64,000 nt of DNA from Eledone cirrhosa (taxonomy: Eukaryota). The notes below the pieces were generated by a model. It had not been told where the DNA came from and did not search any database. It saw only the letters and a list, made by a program, of their open reading frames with translations. The position numbers and the translations under genes were made by a program. Positions 48,892 through 60,669 of the stretch are shown here, in pieces (within the stretch, counting starts at the first letter, position 1; each line of letters opens with the position of its first letter). Location: assembly GCA_964016885.1 (NCBI GenBank), contig OZ024743.1, positions 169,756,001-169,820,000 on the forward strand, given 5' to 3'.

Positions 48892-49024
48892 ATTATTTAT
48901 TCAAAGTAATCCAACTTATTTTACTAACGGGATAAAAGAAAATAAACCGTACGCAATCTCGCAGACCTTCCTTTATTATAGTTTAGATTTACCCAGCTTA
49001 CATGGTTTAAAACAAATTTAACTA

Positions 49025-49625
49025 CTATCTAGGTGACTTAATTAGCAACAGAGGAGGGTGCACTGAGAACATAATAGCTAGAATAAGGATAGGATGGAAA
49101 ACATTCAGAGGGCTACTCCCACTGTTGACCACAAATGGATTCTCCCTACATACTAAAGGATGACTGTATGATGCCTGTGTGTGAAGTGCGATGCTAAATG
49201 GTAGTGAAACATGGGCTATGAGTACAGAGGACATATGTAGGCTGGAAAGAAATGAAGTAACCATGTTTCATTGGATGTACAATGTAAATTTGAGAGAAAG
49301 GCAGAGAATATATGAACTGAGGGAAAAACTGGGTTTAAGAGGAATTCAAAGTAGTGTGCAGGAGAGAAGACTGCATTGGTTTGGACATATGATGTGCATG
49401 GATGATAGTCACTGGATGAAGAAGTGCCAGGAGATCCCAGTTGAGGGAAGCCTCAGTAGAGGCAGACCAAGGAAGACCTGGACAGAGGTGGTGATAACTG
49501 ATCCCAAATTGCTGAGACTCACCAAGGAGGAAACTCCTGTCAAGTGGAGAGATGCTGAAAAGGACCTGTCTGACCCATGCAAGCATGGTAAAACAGATAT
49601 GATGAGGAGGATGAGGATGATGATG
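49025..49625 (+). mobile_element. RTE LINE 3' fragment
   Basis: YLGD, GSETWA, ERRLHWFGH, RGRPRKTW and an (ATG)n tail. Confidence 0.88.
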
Positions 49626-49719
49626 TATATATATATATATAACGAAGGAAATGTGGTAAGGAACCAGATGGGCCATAACGCACCAAAGTACTCAATACTT
49701 AGGGTAGTAGAGTGGGTAA

Positions 49720-49854
49720 TAGGAACGAGTAGGACCCCGACGGCTGAGCTCAAGCCATTTCGACGGCTAATTCTGGACAAATTAGCCGTCGAAGAGTCCA
49801 GAGTTAGCCGTCGAAATGGCTTGAGCTCAGCCGTTGGGGTCCTACTCGTTCCTA
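49720..49854. mobile_element. Foldback MITE / near-perfect palindrome
   Basis: ~58-bp arms with 2 mismatches around a 17-bp spacer, with TA at both ends. Confidence 0.75.
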
Positions 49855-49871
49855 TATATACTATATATATA

Positions 49872-49925
<54 letters not shown>

Positions 49926-50528
49926 ATATGTAGAGTTAGAAACTCAAAATAGTCTCTTACAATTAAATAGCTCAAGGAAAGAAATTTTTCCGGGCCGTGT
50001 AATGTAATTGAATATAAAAGAGAGATAAACACAGATATATACATATATGTGTTCAAATCGTAAGGGGCCAAATTCGCTAGGGTGAAAAAAATACTAACTA
50101 TGAACAATTGGGTTTGCCAGACTCAATTTAAAAGGATAAATTAAGAAAAGAAATACAAACCGAAATTGCGACAACTGTGATTTAGTGATAGGGAATTACC
50201 AATTCTTTTGCTCATCAGTGGGTGTGAAATTAGTAAACCCTTCACTTCTAAGTATCTCAGAAGACCCAATAGTGTGCGTATATAAAATAACACACATGGC
50301 ATCAGAACCTAGCATGTCTCATAAACCGTATGCTACTAAAAATAGCAGCCAAGTTTACTTGACATTTAAATTAGCTCAACAAATTCCGAATATATCAAAG
50401 GTATATATAGAGTTAGAAACTGAAAATAGTCTCTTACAATTAAATAGCTCAAGGAAAGAAATTTTTCTGGGCCGTGTAATATATATATAATTCAATTTGA
50501 TAATCCACTGACTTTATATATATATATA

Positions 50529-52473
50529 CTAATAGAGGTACCCAGCGTTGCTCAGGTATTAAATAGCAGTCATGTATAGTATTCATGTCAATACTTGAGT
50601 GCTGCTTTGAAAACTATACTTGTACAAAATCATTGGCTTTTTCCAAAAGGGGGTTCCTGCCCCCAGGGGTCCCCTACTCAATATGTCCCAATTCTGAGTG
50701 TTCAAATTCATCTGTAGAACATTCGTAGCCCATGTATCAAGTTTGGTGAAAATCAGTTGTGAACTCCAGAAGTCATGACGTTTTGTTGCATTGCACTGCA
50801 GTGCTTCAGTCGACTCCAAGGAAGCAGTTAAAGGGGGTTATCTACCGCCGGGGGCCCTATAATCAATATCTGAGAAAATGAAAGTGCCCATGACCATCAG
50901 GAGTACATAAGTAACCATGTGAGAAACATGATTCTTCCAAATGAAGTCCTGCCACAGATAAGATCTGACGCAAATGAGAAATTGCAGTCTTCTAAAGGAA
51001 AATGGAATTTCTGCTCCTGATGGAATCATCACCTTTTCCACATCCAGAAGGAATGGTGGCCTCGATAACATGTGACATCGCATTCTTTACCACCAGGCGT
51101 GTCCCATTGTAGAGTCTTGGCGGATTCAGATTCCAAAGCAGCATTACCAGAGTTCCTTCTTTAAGTCTTAATATGTGGGAAGGTAGTCCTGTAGGCTCCA
51201 ACGAATTGAGAAATTCTGGAGGATAATTTACCACTTCATTTTGATCTGGGATTGTATCAACTGACATGTAAGTGTGAACACTACCAGGAAGGGACTGCAT
51301 CAGCTGTTCGTTAAGGTTACTAACAGTATTATTTTTTTGAACCAGTATTTCTCTTTCACTCAGCCAATTGTGGTTTTCCTAATTTTCCTTCAAATTTGGA
51401 AACACTTCATCTTTGAGATCATCCACAGTATTAACAATGGTGCAAACTGGACCGCCAGCATCTAGAGGCACCTTGCCATCGCCAAGTGTCAAAATGTCCT
51501 TTGCAAATTTGGCTGACAATTGGTTGCTGTGCAGTTGAGCTCTCATGTTAGTGGTAAGAGCCAGTGTTGTAACTTGTTGCCACAATGGAGAGGACTTAAG
51601 GCATGCTTGGACTTCATCAGCTATGCCTGAAATCACCAGACAACAGAAACATTACACCTCCCATTGGAGCCTGACTGTCTGTGATATCTTTTAGGGCTCT
51701 ATCTACTGCTTCCAGAGGTCCTTTGTGAGCCATGGTGCATTCATCCCACACACCACACAATGAGATGACACCTTCTGAGGAGTTGCCCCTATTCTGAGCT
51801 CTTGCTGATGCTGCATGTAGGTGTGTCAGATGTTGCTAAATTCAGAGGGAGCTGTCCTGCCACTGGGCAACAAAGATGCAGCAACCCCAGAGGAGGCCAT
51901 AGCTACCGTGATATCCTTGTGCTGCCTAACAAAGGTGTGTCAGATGTTGCTAAATTCAGAGGGAGCTGTCCTGCCACTGGGCAACAAAGATGCAGCAACC
52001 CCAGAGGAGGCCATAGCTACCGTGATATCCTTGTGCTGCCTAACTTTTGCAAGGAGGAGCTTTGTTACAAATGTTTTTCCTGTCTTTCCAGGTGCATCCA
52101 AGAAGAAGATACCTCCTTTTCAACATGGTCAACAATAGTGCTGTAAGCTCGTTGTTGGTCTGGAAGCAGTTGTGGTTCACTTTCAATAACATATTGGGCA
52201 AGAGCATCAATGTCATAGGATGTTTCTCATACGATAGCTGTGGGAAGGGTATTTGACCCTGTCCGGTAAGTTTTACACATATGATGTGATTATCACGGTG
52301 ATTCAGAGACACCTAGGGGCTGCATTAGACAAAAACTTGAACATTTTATGAGTCCAAAAGACTCCTGGGAACATAACGCATGTTTGTTCCAAATTTGAAG
52401 AAAATCGGTTGCAAACTGTAGAAGTTAAGTGGGTACAGATACACACACACATCCTCAGTTTTATATATATAGA
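50529..52473 (-). mobile_element. Helitron deletion derivative carrying a PIF1 helicase fragment and the family A 3' end
   Basis: A|TCTATATATATAAAACTG 5' end. Helicase remnants LTTNMRA, YPPEFLNSLEPTGLPSH and NGTRL. 50529-50916 matches the family A 3' portion. Confidence 0.85.
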
Positions 52474-53855
52474 TATATATATGCATCTCACATATGTTCT
52501 TGCACTAGGCAGGGTTCTTTGGGTGCATTTTATCATAGCACTAGCACTAGGGAGGGTATCATATCTTTGACACAACTGAAGAGTCCCCTCAACCCTTTGT
52601 TTGGCAAACTTTTTATAGCTGGATACCCTTGCTATCACCAATTACCTTACAAGTGGCATTGGGTGCATTTTTTTGTGAGACCATCATTTGAGAGGCTGTT
52701 GGTCATTGACTCAATTGAGGAACCCTTGTTTACTCTTTGGGGGAAGGCGAAATATATATATACACTTTTCTGCTACTTATAACTCTTTATACATATCTGT
52801 ACATCTTTTAATTATTACTATTGTTATTATTATTTCTGCTATACGCATGTACATGATGTGTGTGGGGGTGCACACCTGTGCCCCCCCCCCCCCCGCCTCT
52901 ATATATATGCAGGTGTATGTCTGTTTATACATGTATATGGGTATGCGCACACACAAGTCTGTGTATATATATATATATGCATATAAATGTGTGTGTATGT
53001 AACCATGTGTGTGCATGTGTCTATGTATATTTATGTACGTATGTACATAATATATATGTGTGTGTGTGTATATATATATATATATGTGTCTGTACATACT
53101 TATGTGCGTGTGTAGGTTTCTGTGTCTGCATGTATGTATGGATATATATATGCCCGTGTGCGTCTGTCTATGTCTGTCGGATTTCTATATCTTACAATTA
53201 TTATTGTTATTACTTTCTATCACTATTATCTGTACCCACAACCAACCAATTCTTTTAATTCCTTTTTTAATTTGTTTCATTTGTTGACAAAAACTTGAAC
53301 TTTCTTTAATGATATGATGATCTAGCACCGTATTGTCCAAGCGTGAGCGTGAACCCCACCAATAGGGTCACCCTCCCTTTCAGCTTCCTGTTTACACCAA
53401 AGCCAGTCTTTGAATGACCAAAACACATCCCAAAAAGCACCCACGCATGTGCCTACACACACACAAATATTTAAATGCTTGCACGCGCACACGCAAACAT
53501 GCACACGAATATCTGTGAATACACACCCGCAATACGCACATATGCCCACGCACAAATGTATATGGCCGATGCCTATATATAAACCTTCTCAGCTCACATA
53601 CAACAAAAAAATTTTGTCACATCACCAATCTGAGGAGCAGATCAATACTGGAGTCGGGTCCATAACTCCTATGGGTCACCTTCAGCCAATCCTCTGCAAA
53701 ACGTGCGATACACAATAAATATTTTTTATATGTAAATGAAACTTCCTTGTTTTTTCTATTATATCTATATATGAAACACAAATTAAAATAATTTTAAAAA
53801 CCAAACAATGCATTAGAAAGAACATTAAATCGCCAAAATAACAAAAGAATCTTAC

Positions 53856-53918
53856 CTTAGCAAATTTAATGATGCCAAATATTCTTGGGTTTAAAAACCC
53901 ATTATCAAGGGAGTAACC
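53856..53918 (-). CDS. Candidate 63-nt host-gene exon (GYSLDNGFLNPRIFGIIKFAK)
   Basis: Minus strand: acceptor TTTTTTAAAGCCTCTCATAG, strong donor AAG|GTAAGA and an open phase-0 frame. No copy elsewhere in the window. Confidence 0.4.
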
Positions 53919-54734
53919 CTATGAGAGGCTTTAAAAAATCAATAGGATTGACTTGCTTGTTTGGAGAGCAGATTTAAGTTAAATGAAATGAAAAGATGTT
54001 AAAATTTCGAACGTGCGCATTGTGAAATGTATGATATATGCATGTATGTGCGTGAATATAAGTGTGCTTAGTGGGATGTTTGTATGTGTGTGCATGAATG
54101 TAAGTTTATGTAGTGAAAGGTGTGTGCGAATATGAAAACAGGAAAAATATGTGTGCGATATATGTATGTGTGTGAGTCTAAGTGTGTTTGCCTAGTGAGG
54201 ACATAGATTTAATTTGAAAGAAAGAATGAAACTGGCTGCTGAGATGTTGGAATACAGGCTTTTAAATTAGCCATTCTGGTGCACTTCTTTCCATTCGATT
54301 GCACCCTGAATCCATTTCACATAAAAGCTACACAGGTGAACATATGAGAAGATACGGATATAATTAGGAGTTATACAGTTTAGTGCTTTTTGAATACTAT
54401 GCCAAAAACAATTAAAAGACACTTGTTGATTGTAACCATGTTCCTCTACACCACTACCATTGTAATACCATCATCACCCATTGCATTATAACACCACCAT
54501 CTGCACTACTATTACCAATACCATTATTACTCCACTACATACCACCACCAAAATCACATACACCACCACCATCATCACTAAAAATATCACCAAAACTACC
54601 ACCATCACCACAAGTGCTCCTGTGTTTTCTCTACCATCACATCAAACTGAAGGAGACAATTTCAATTGAGCAATAACTAGTCACCATGAGAAGATGACTC
54701 AGGAAAATTATTACCATCAGCTTCCTGATCCAGC

Positions 54735-55850
54735 ACAGTTGAAGATCGGATTGCAGTTTTAGTTACAGGAAAAGGAAAGGAGGAGCTCTTAGGTGTTCTG
54801 ATTGTAAGAGATAGATCCGGACAACATGTCGCTGAAGTCATTTTGAAGGAAATTCAACAATTCAGAATTAAAGATAGAATAATTGGTATGTCCTTCAACA
54901 CCATTGCCAATAACACCAGCATGCACCAAGGAGCTTATACGAAAATTGCAGCAGCTCTGAAAAAATTCATCTTGTGGCTGGCTTGCTGCCATCACATTCT
55001 TGAACTGGTTTTGAAGAAAGTCTTTGAGGTCTTTTCCCCATCATCTGATCCCGGTTTCCTAGTGTTCAAAAAGTTCCAGAAACGTTGGGTCTCTATTGAT
55101 AAATCTCATTATCAAACTATCCTGGAAGATTTTTACAAGCAAAAGAGGGAGGAGCTGGTTGAATATCTACTGACTACTGCTTTCTGGAGATCATCCTTGA
55201 GAAGAGTATGCCAAGTTCATAAATATCTTCCTTCTCTATCTTGTTGGTTGGCCATCTCCACAGTTCTTCTTGGTCCCAGGAGCTTACCACCAGGCTCATT
55301 GGATGGTTAAGGCCATATATGTGATCAAGATAGTTCTGTTCAAACAACAACTTCAGCTTACACCACATGGTACTTGTCAAGTATTGGCTTTTTTTTTAAT
55401 GAAAGACTTGAACTGGATGAGGAGAAAAAAAATGTTCCAAAATCTAACAAAAGAAAAAAAAGGTGATGAAGAAGATTGAAGGCAAAGGAATGGCTTTCGA
55501 CAACAAAAAACTGAGTGACGTCATTACAAATAAAACAAATAACTTTGTCCAAAACATTTTGGATTTTTGCACTGATGGCGTTATCAAAGCATCTGTTGAT
55601 GCTCTGAAAGTTATGAATGACACTGATGATCTCATTTTGTTCTGTTGAGTGGTTTCGTCATTGGATTCAGTAAATTGAACAGAACAGATAATATACTATG
55701 GGCCAGATGCAAAACACATCATAAATAAAAAGATATGAAAATGTAAAACTTCTAAATATTATTCAATTGACTTTGTTATTTCATCAAGTTGAACAGGTGC
55801 ATAATCAACATGAGATGATTGGTGAATAATTTGCAAAATAGAACACCCTA
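54735..55850 (+). mobile_element. hAT-related (hATm-like) DNA transposon remnant with right terminus
   Basis: DRIAVLVTG..LLGV, GMSFNTIANNT, WLACCHHILELVL (CxxH) and PGAYHQAHWMVKAIY. Ends in ...GAACACCCTA. Confidence 0.7.
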
Positions 55851-55867
55851 ATATATATATATATATA

Positions 55868-57622
55868 TTAACCAGGTAATACTAGAGGGTGTCATACCAA
55901 AGTATTGGTGCAGCAGCATCATTGTCAACTGCTACAAGGATAAAGGTGATGCACTAGATAGAGGAAAATATAGAGGCATAAAGCTGATGGACAAGGTTAT
56001 GAAAGTAACAGAAAGAGTTATAGCACAGTTGATTAGGAGCTGAATAAAACTAGGTGAGATGCAATTTGGGTTTGTGCCAGGAAAAGGCTCCACTGATGCC
56101 CTCTTCCTTGTGAGGCAATTAAAGGAAAAGTACCTGGCTAAAAGTAAGCTGCTCTACCTGGCATTTGTCAATCTGGAGAAAGCCTTCGACAGAGTGCCTC
56201 ACCCTATAATCTGGTGGGCTCTTAGAAAACTAGTAGATGAATGGCTTGTGAAAGCAGTACAAGCCATGTATAATGGAGCAGTCAGCAAAGTTAGGGTTAA
56301 CAATGACTATAGCAAGGAATTTAGCATACAGGTCGGTGTCCACCAGGGCTCTGTTCTTAGCCCTTTCCTTAGCAGGCAATAACAGAGGAGTTTAAGACCG
56401 GATGCCCATGGGAACTCCTGTATGTGGATGATCTCACATTTATAGCTGAATCTATGGTGGAACTAGAAGAGAAATTCCAAATATGGAAGCAGGGACTAAA
56501 AAGAAAGGGTCTCAAAGTCAACCTGACAAAGACTAAGATCCTCGTAAGTAGACGAGAAAACAGAGCCCAGATCCCCTCAGGGAAATGGCCTTCCTCACTA
56601 TGTGGGAAAGATGTAGGTATTAACTCCATCCTCTGCCCCAAATGCAAACAATGGGTACACAAGAGATGCTTTACATGCAGCAGCTCCACTGGGACTGCAA
56701 GCAGCAAACGGCTGCAGGAAACAAGCACCCCCAAACCCTGGGAGGGCTCTGTAAAAACAGTAGACAGCTTTTGCTACCTAGGAGACCGAATTAGCAGTGT
56801 TCGGAAAGTACAGTAGCCAGGGTAAGAACAAGATGGAAGAAGTTCAGGGAGCTACTGCCTCTGCTAGCAGTAAAAGGCTTTTCCCTAAAAAAAAAAAAAA
56901 AGGCAGACTGTATGATGTGTGCATATGAACAGCAATGTTACTTGGTAGTGAGACCTGGGCGTTGTGTGTAGAAGACTTGTGTAGATTAGAAAGAAACGAA
57001 GTCTGCATGCTCCGATGGATGTGTAATAGTAATATATGTGAACGGCAAAGCATAAACAAGTTAAGAGAGAGACTGAGCATAAGAGGAATCAAATGCTGTG
57101 TGCAGGAGAGGAGGTTATGTTGGTATCGACATGTGATGCGTATGAAGGATGACAGCTGCATAAAAAGGTGCAGAGCAGTAGAAGTCGATAGAAGCCGCGT
57201 AGTAGGGAGACCCAAGAAGACCTGGGATGAGGTGATAAAAGCCAACCATACCCAATTGCACCTCTCAAGGGCAATGACACACGGCCGTGACCTCTGGCGT
57301 CACGCAGTAATACAGAAGACCCGATTTCCCATAGGAACAAGCTGAAGCATATAGACAATATGCCCCCAACCCCTCCCACTGCAAAGTGGTCGTGGAGGTG
57401 CCACGGCAAAAAAGCACCCAGCCCACACTGTAAAGTGGTTGTGTAGGCGCCACGGAAAAAAAAGCACTCACTGTAAATGAGGTTGGGGTTAGGAAAGGCA
57501 TCCAGCTGTAGAAATCAAGCCAAAATCAGTTCCCGTATGAGCAAGACTTGGTCAGCCGACCGGGCACTGCCCACAACAGGACAACCCGTTTAACCCATGA
57601 AAGCATGGAAGAATGGATGATG
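55868..57622 (+). mobile_element. RTE-clade LINE, 5'-truncated
   Basis: QFGF, LEKAFDRV, HQGS, YVDD, a PHD remnant, 3' UTR and tail. Confidence 0.93.
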
Positions 57623-57949
57623 ATATATATATATATGAAAGGTCAAGCAGACCCTTCCTCTAATGTTGGTAATCTACATAATAAATGCGCCCAGTACATG
57701 CTGTAAACTGGTTAGTGATTGGAAGAGCATCCAGCCGTAGAAAGCTTGCTAAAGAAGGGTTGGGAGGACCCTTCAGTTGAGTCAAGTACATGATGGCCTT
57801 CCTAGTGTTGGAGATTTACACGATATCTGTTTTATGCTGTCTCCTTTTCCTGGTCTTAAACTTCTAATTCATTGAGGATGTCACAGAATAAAGAACAATA
57901 AAGATAAAGTGAAAATTATATGGTGCGTGCGTTTCTTTCTATTGGCAAT

Positions 57950-58590
57950 ATTGACATGACCATCCCCAAAAATAACAATATTGTAAATAGAAAGACCATC
58001 AAGGAAGTAGACAGTTATATGTACCATGGAAAGAAGATAGCAAGGGATGATGCCCTACTTCCTGAGGTCAAAAGAAGGATTGTGCTTGGCTGGGTGGCTT
58101 TTGGAAAAGTTTATAACATAATTAGAAGTTCCAAGACAACAATCGAAACAAAAGAAACCTGTTTCATGAATATGTTATGCCGGTGATGACATATAGAAGT
58201 AAGATGTGGGCATTCAACAGCACCACTACAGAGACTCTTACAGTGGCCCAATGTAAAATGGAGCAAATCATGCTCCACATCACTTTATGTGATAGGAAGA
58301 GCAACATCTGGATTCGACAGCAGACTGGCATGAAGAATATAATCGAGACCATCAAGTAGGGTAAACTTAGATGAGCTGGCCACATCTTTCATTTCAGAGA
58401 CAACAGGTAGACTATTAGAATGACAGACTAGACACCAAGGCAGTGGAGAAGAACCAGATGGTGGCCAAAGGCCAGATGGCATGACGATCTAACCCAATAT
58501 CTCAGTCCCACATGGCCCAATATGGCCAGAGATAGGAAGTGGTGGAATTCACCCAGGGAGGGGTTTCTCTAACAGGAGTGAGAAGGCTCT
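57950..58590 (+). mobile_element. Old RTE-1-like LINE 3' fragment (third RTE family)
   Basis: IKEVDSYMY, EVKRRIVLGWVAFGK, PVMTY..WA, AQCKMEQIMLHITL.DRKSNIWIRQQTG and AGHI. Confidence 0.7.
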
Positions 58591-58997
58591 GGACTTTGGA
58601 TTTGGGATGTGTATATATATATATATAAGAGGGGGGGGGGGGGTAATTTGAAATGTTATGAATAAATATATTGGGTAAAAACAATATTTTAATTTGTTTT
58701 ATTATCCTTTTACCCCAGTACCATCTTTATATTTCTATCCACATTGTACTGGCTTTACGAACACTCTATTATTTATATATACACACGCACATAGGCAATT
58801 ACATCATGGAAGATTCATTTTAACCTTTGAAGGAGACACAAAAACTGTTATAGTTACTTTTCAATTATTTCTGTACAGTATTGAAATGTCAGTGGGCAGG
58901 TCACATATCTGAGACCTTGTCATTGACACAATTCTTCTGCAACTCTACTCACTTGCCAAACAAGTATAACTCTGATGTGCATGTGTGTGTAAATAGA

Positions 58998-59193
58998 AGG
59001 CTTAGATAGATGAATGCGTAGGGTCAGACACCATGCTTTGTAGCATAGGGTTACGTCCCTTTATGGTCTGAGTTCAAATCCTGCCGAGGTTAACTTTGCC
59101 TTTCATCCTTACGGGGTCGATAAAATAGAGTATCAGTAATACACTGGGATAATTGCTGGCCTTGTGCCAAACGTAGGAACATTATTATTATTA
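58998..59193 (+). mobile_element. Nin/Deu-like SINE copy (diverged head)
   Basis: Core and tail are conserved, followed by (ATT)n. Confidence 0.85.
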
Positions 59194-59194
59194 T

Positions 59195-59700
59195 TCTGTT
59201 GTCGCATGTAGAATGGATCTGAAGATCGACCCACCGCCTTCCTTTGCCAGGAAGGGCAGGCAATTTTCCTCTGTCTGGTGGCATTAGCAAAAGAGGTTGT
59301 ATGGTGGACCAGGCTGTAAGGACTGAAGACAGACACTTTTCTCTTCGGCCTATCCCTCATCAATTTTTTCAAGTTTCATTTGGAAAGGAAGGTGAGGGTG
59401 AAGAAAGAAGTGCCCCCCCCCCAGTACATTTGCTGAAAGCGGGTGAATGTTGCGAGTATGGCCCGTGTGAGTAGGCCTACTCTGTAGGCGGGTGAATTTG
59501 AGGAGGAGAGGGTGCCCTTCCAGGGTGCTCTCGAAGCGTCGGGTGGTTCGGGATTGGCGGGGTACCTGAGTGAACCCTAGGTGGTTATATTCCCTATTGG
59601 GGGAATTTTCCTTGTATTTTTATTGTTATTTATATATTGTTTACACATTTTGTATTGTCCCCTATATGTCGGCCCTTGTGGCCAATAAATGAAACTATTA
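59195..59700 (+). mobile_element. Tx1/L1-clade LINE 3' fragment
   Basis: Colinear with 26890-27490 and ends GGCCCTTGTGGCCAATAAATGAAAC-T(ATT)n. Confidence 0.9.
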
Positions 59701-59718
59701 TTATTATTATTATTAGTA

Positions 59719-60058
59719 AAGGCACATGGCTTGGTGGTTAGAACATTGGGCTTGTAATCAGAAGGTTGTCAGTTTGAATTCTCCGACCAGGTGATGCATT
59801 GTGTCCTTGAGCAAGACATTTTATTTCACGTTGTTCCAGTTTACTCAGCTGTTGAAATGAGTTGTGACATCACTGGTGTCAAGCTGTATCGGCCATAGCC
59901 TTTCCCTTGGACATCATCGGTGTCATGGAAAGGGGAGGCTGATATGCATGGGCGACTGCTGGTTTTCCACAAACAGAGGAAGGAAAACTTTCTAGGTGCA
60001 AATCCCATGGATATTTGTGACCGAAGGGGGTCTTTACCCTATTATTATTATTATTATA
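59719..60058 (+). mobile_element. tRNA-derived CORE-like SINE, apparently full length
   Basis: Same head and core as 174-315, flanked by (ATT)n on both sides. Confidence 0.8.
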
Positions 60059-60202
60059 GTTGCATTTATCTTGTTTTATGTTCATACGAGTTATCACCAA
60101 GTCACAACCAGTGACCTCAAGAGACAACAAGGTCTGCCATGTTCAAGAAAGAACATACATACACACACATGCATCTTTAGGTGTTTAGACTTGTGATGTA
60201 CT

Positions 60203-60347
60203 TATATTGACAGAATCTTCCTTAGTATATGGGCAGTTCCCATTAGTACTATCTTTTGAATTTCTTCTATACGTGGGTTTCCTGGGATTTGGGATAAGTA
60301 ATTATTAGACCCCTTAGGTATCATTCCTAGAGTGCCTACAACCACTG

Positions 60348-60348
<1 letters not shown>
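60203..60348 (-). mobile_element. R4/Dong-like RLE retrotransposon C-terminal fragment
   Basis: IPVVVGTLGMIPK..IQKIVLMGTAHILRKILS, abutting (TAT)n. Confidence 0.75.
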
Positions 60349-60396
<48 letters not shown>

Positions 60397-60404
60397 CAGA
60401 CACG

Positions 60405-60562
60405 TATAAGTGGTACAGGTTGTGGTTAGCACATGGGGAGCAGTTAGTAAAAAGTTGGATGCATGGCTTGAGAAGCTAGGACTTACCATAATAACAGGAC
60501 TGTTGCAGAAAACAGCCTTGCTAGAAACAGCATGGATTCTAAGGATGGTGTTGGAAAGTTGA
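60405..60562 (+). mobile_element. R4/Dong-like C-terminal fragment (opposite strand)
   Basis: VVQVVVSTWGAVSKKLDAWLEKLG..LLQKTALLETAWILRMVL. Confidence 0.65.
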
Positions 60563-60669
60563 AGGAGAAGGAATGACCCTAAGGACTGTTGGCCTTTGGC
60601 AATAGCTGTGTGCCTTGGGTATGAGCTGTGTAGTTTTTGCTGATTTTGTTTCTATTGTATTGAGAGTAC

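Noticed and set aside
49191-49952. 253-aa ORF as a gene
   Set aside because: A chance read-through joining an RTE fragment, a palindromic MITE and a (TA)n tract.
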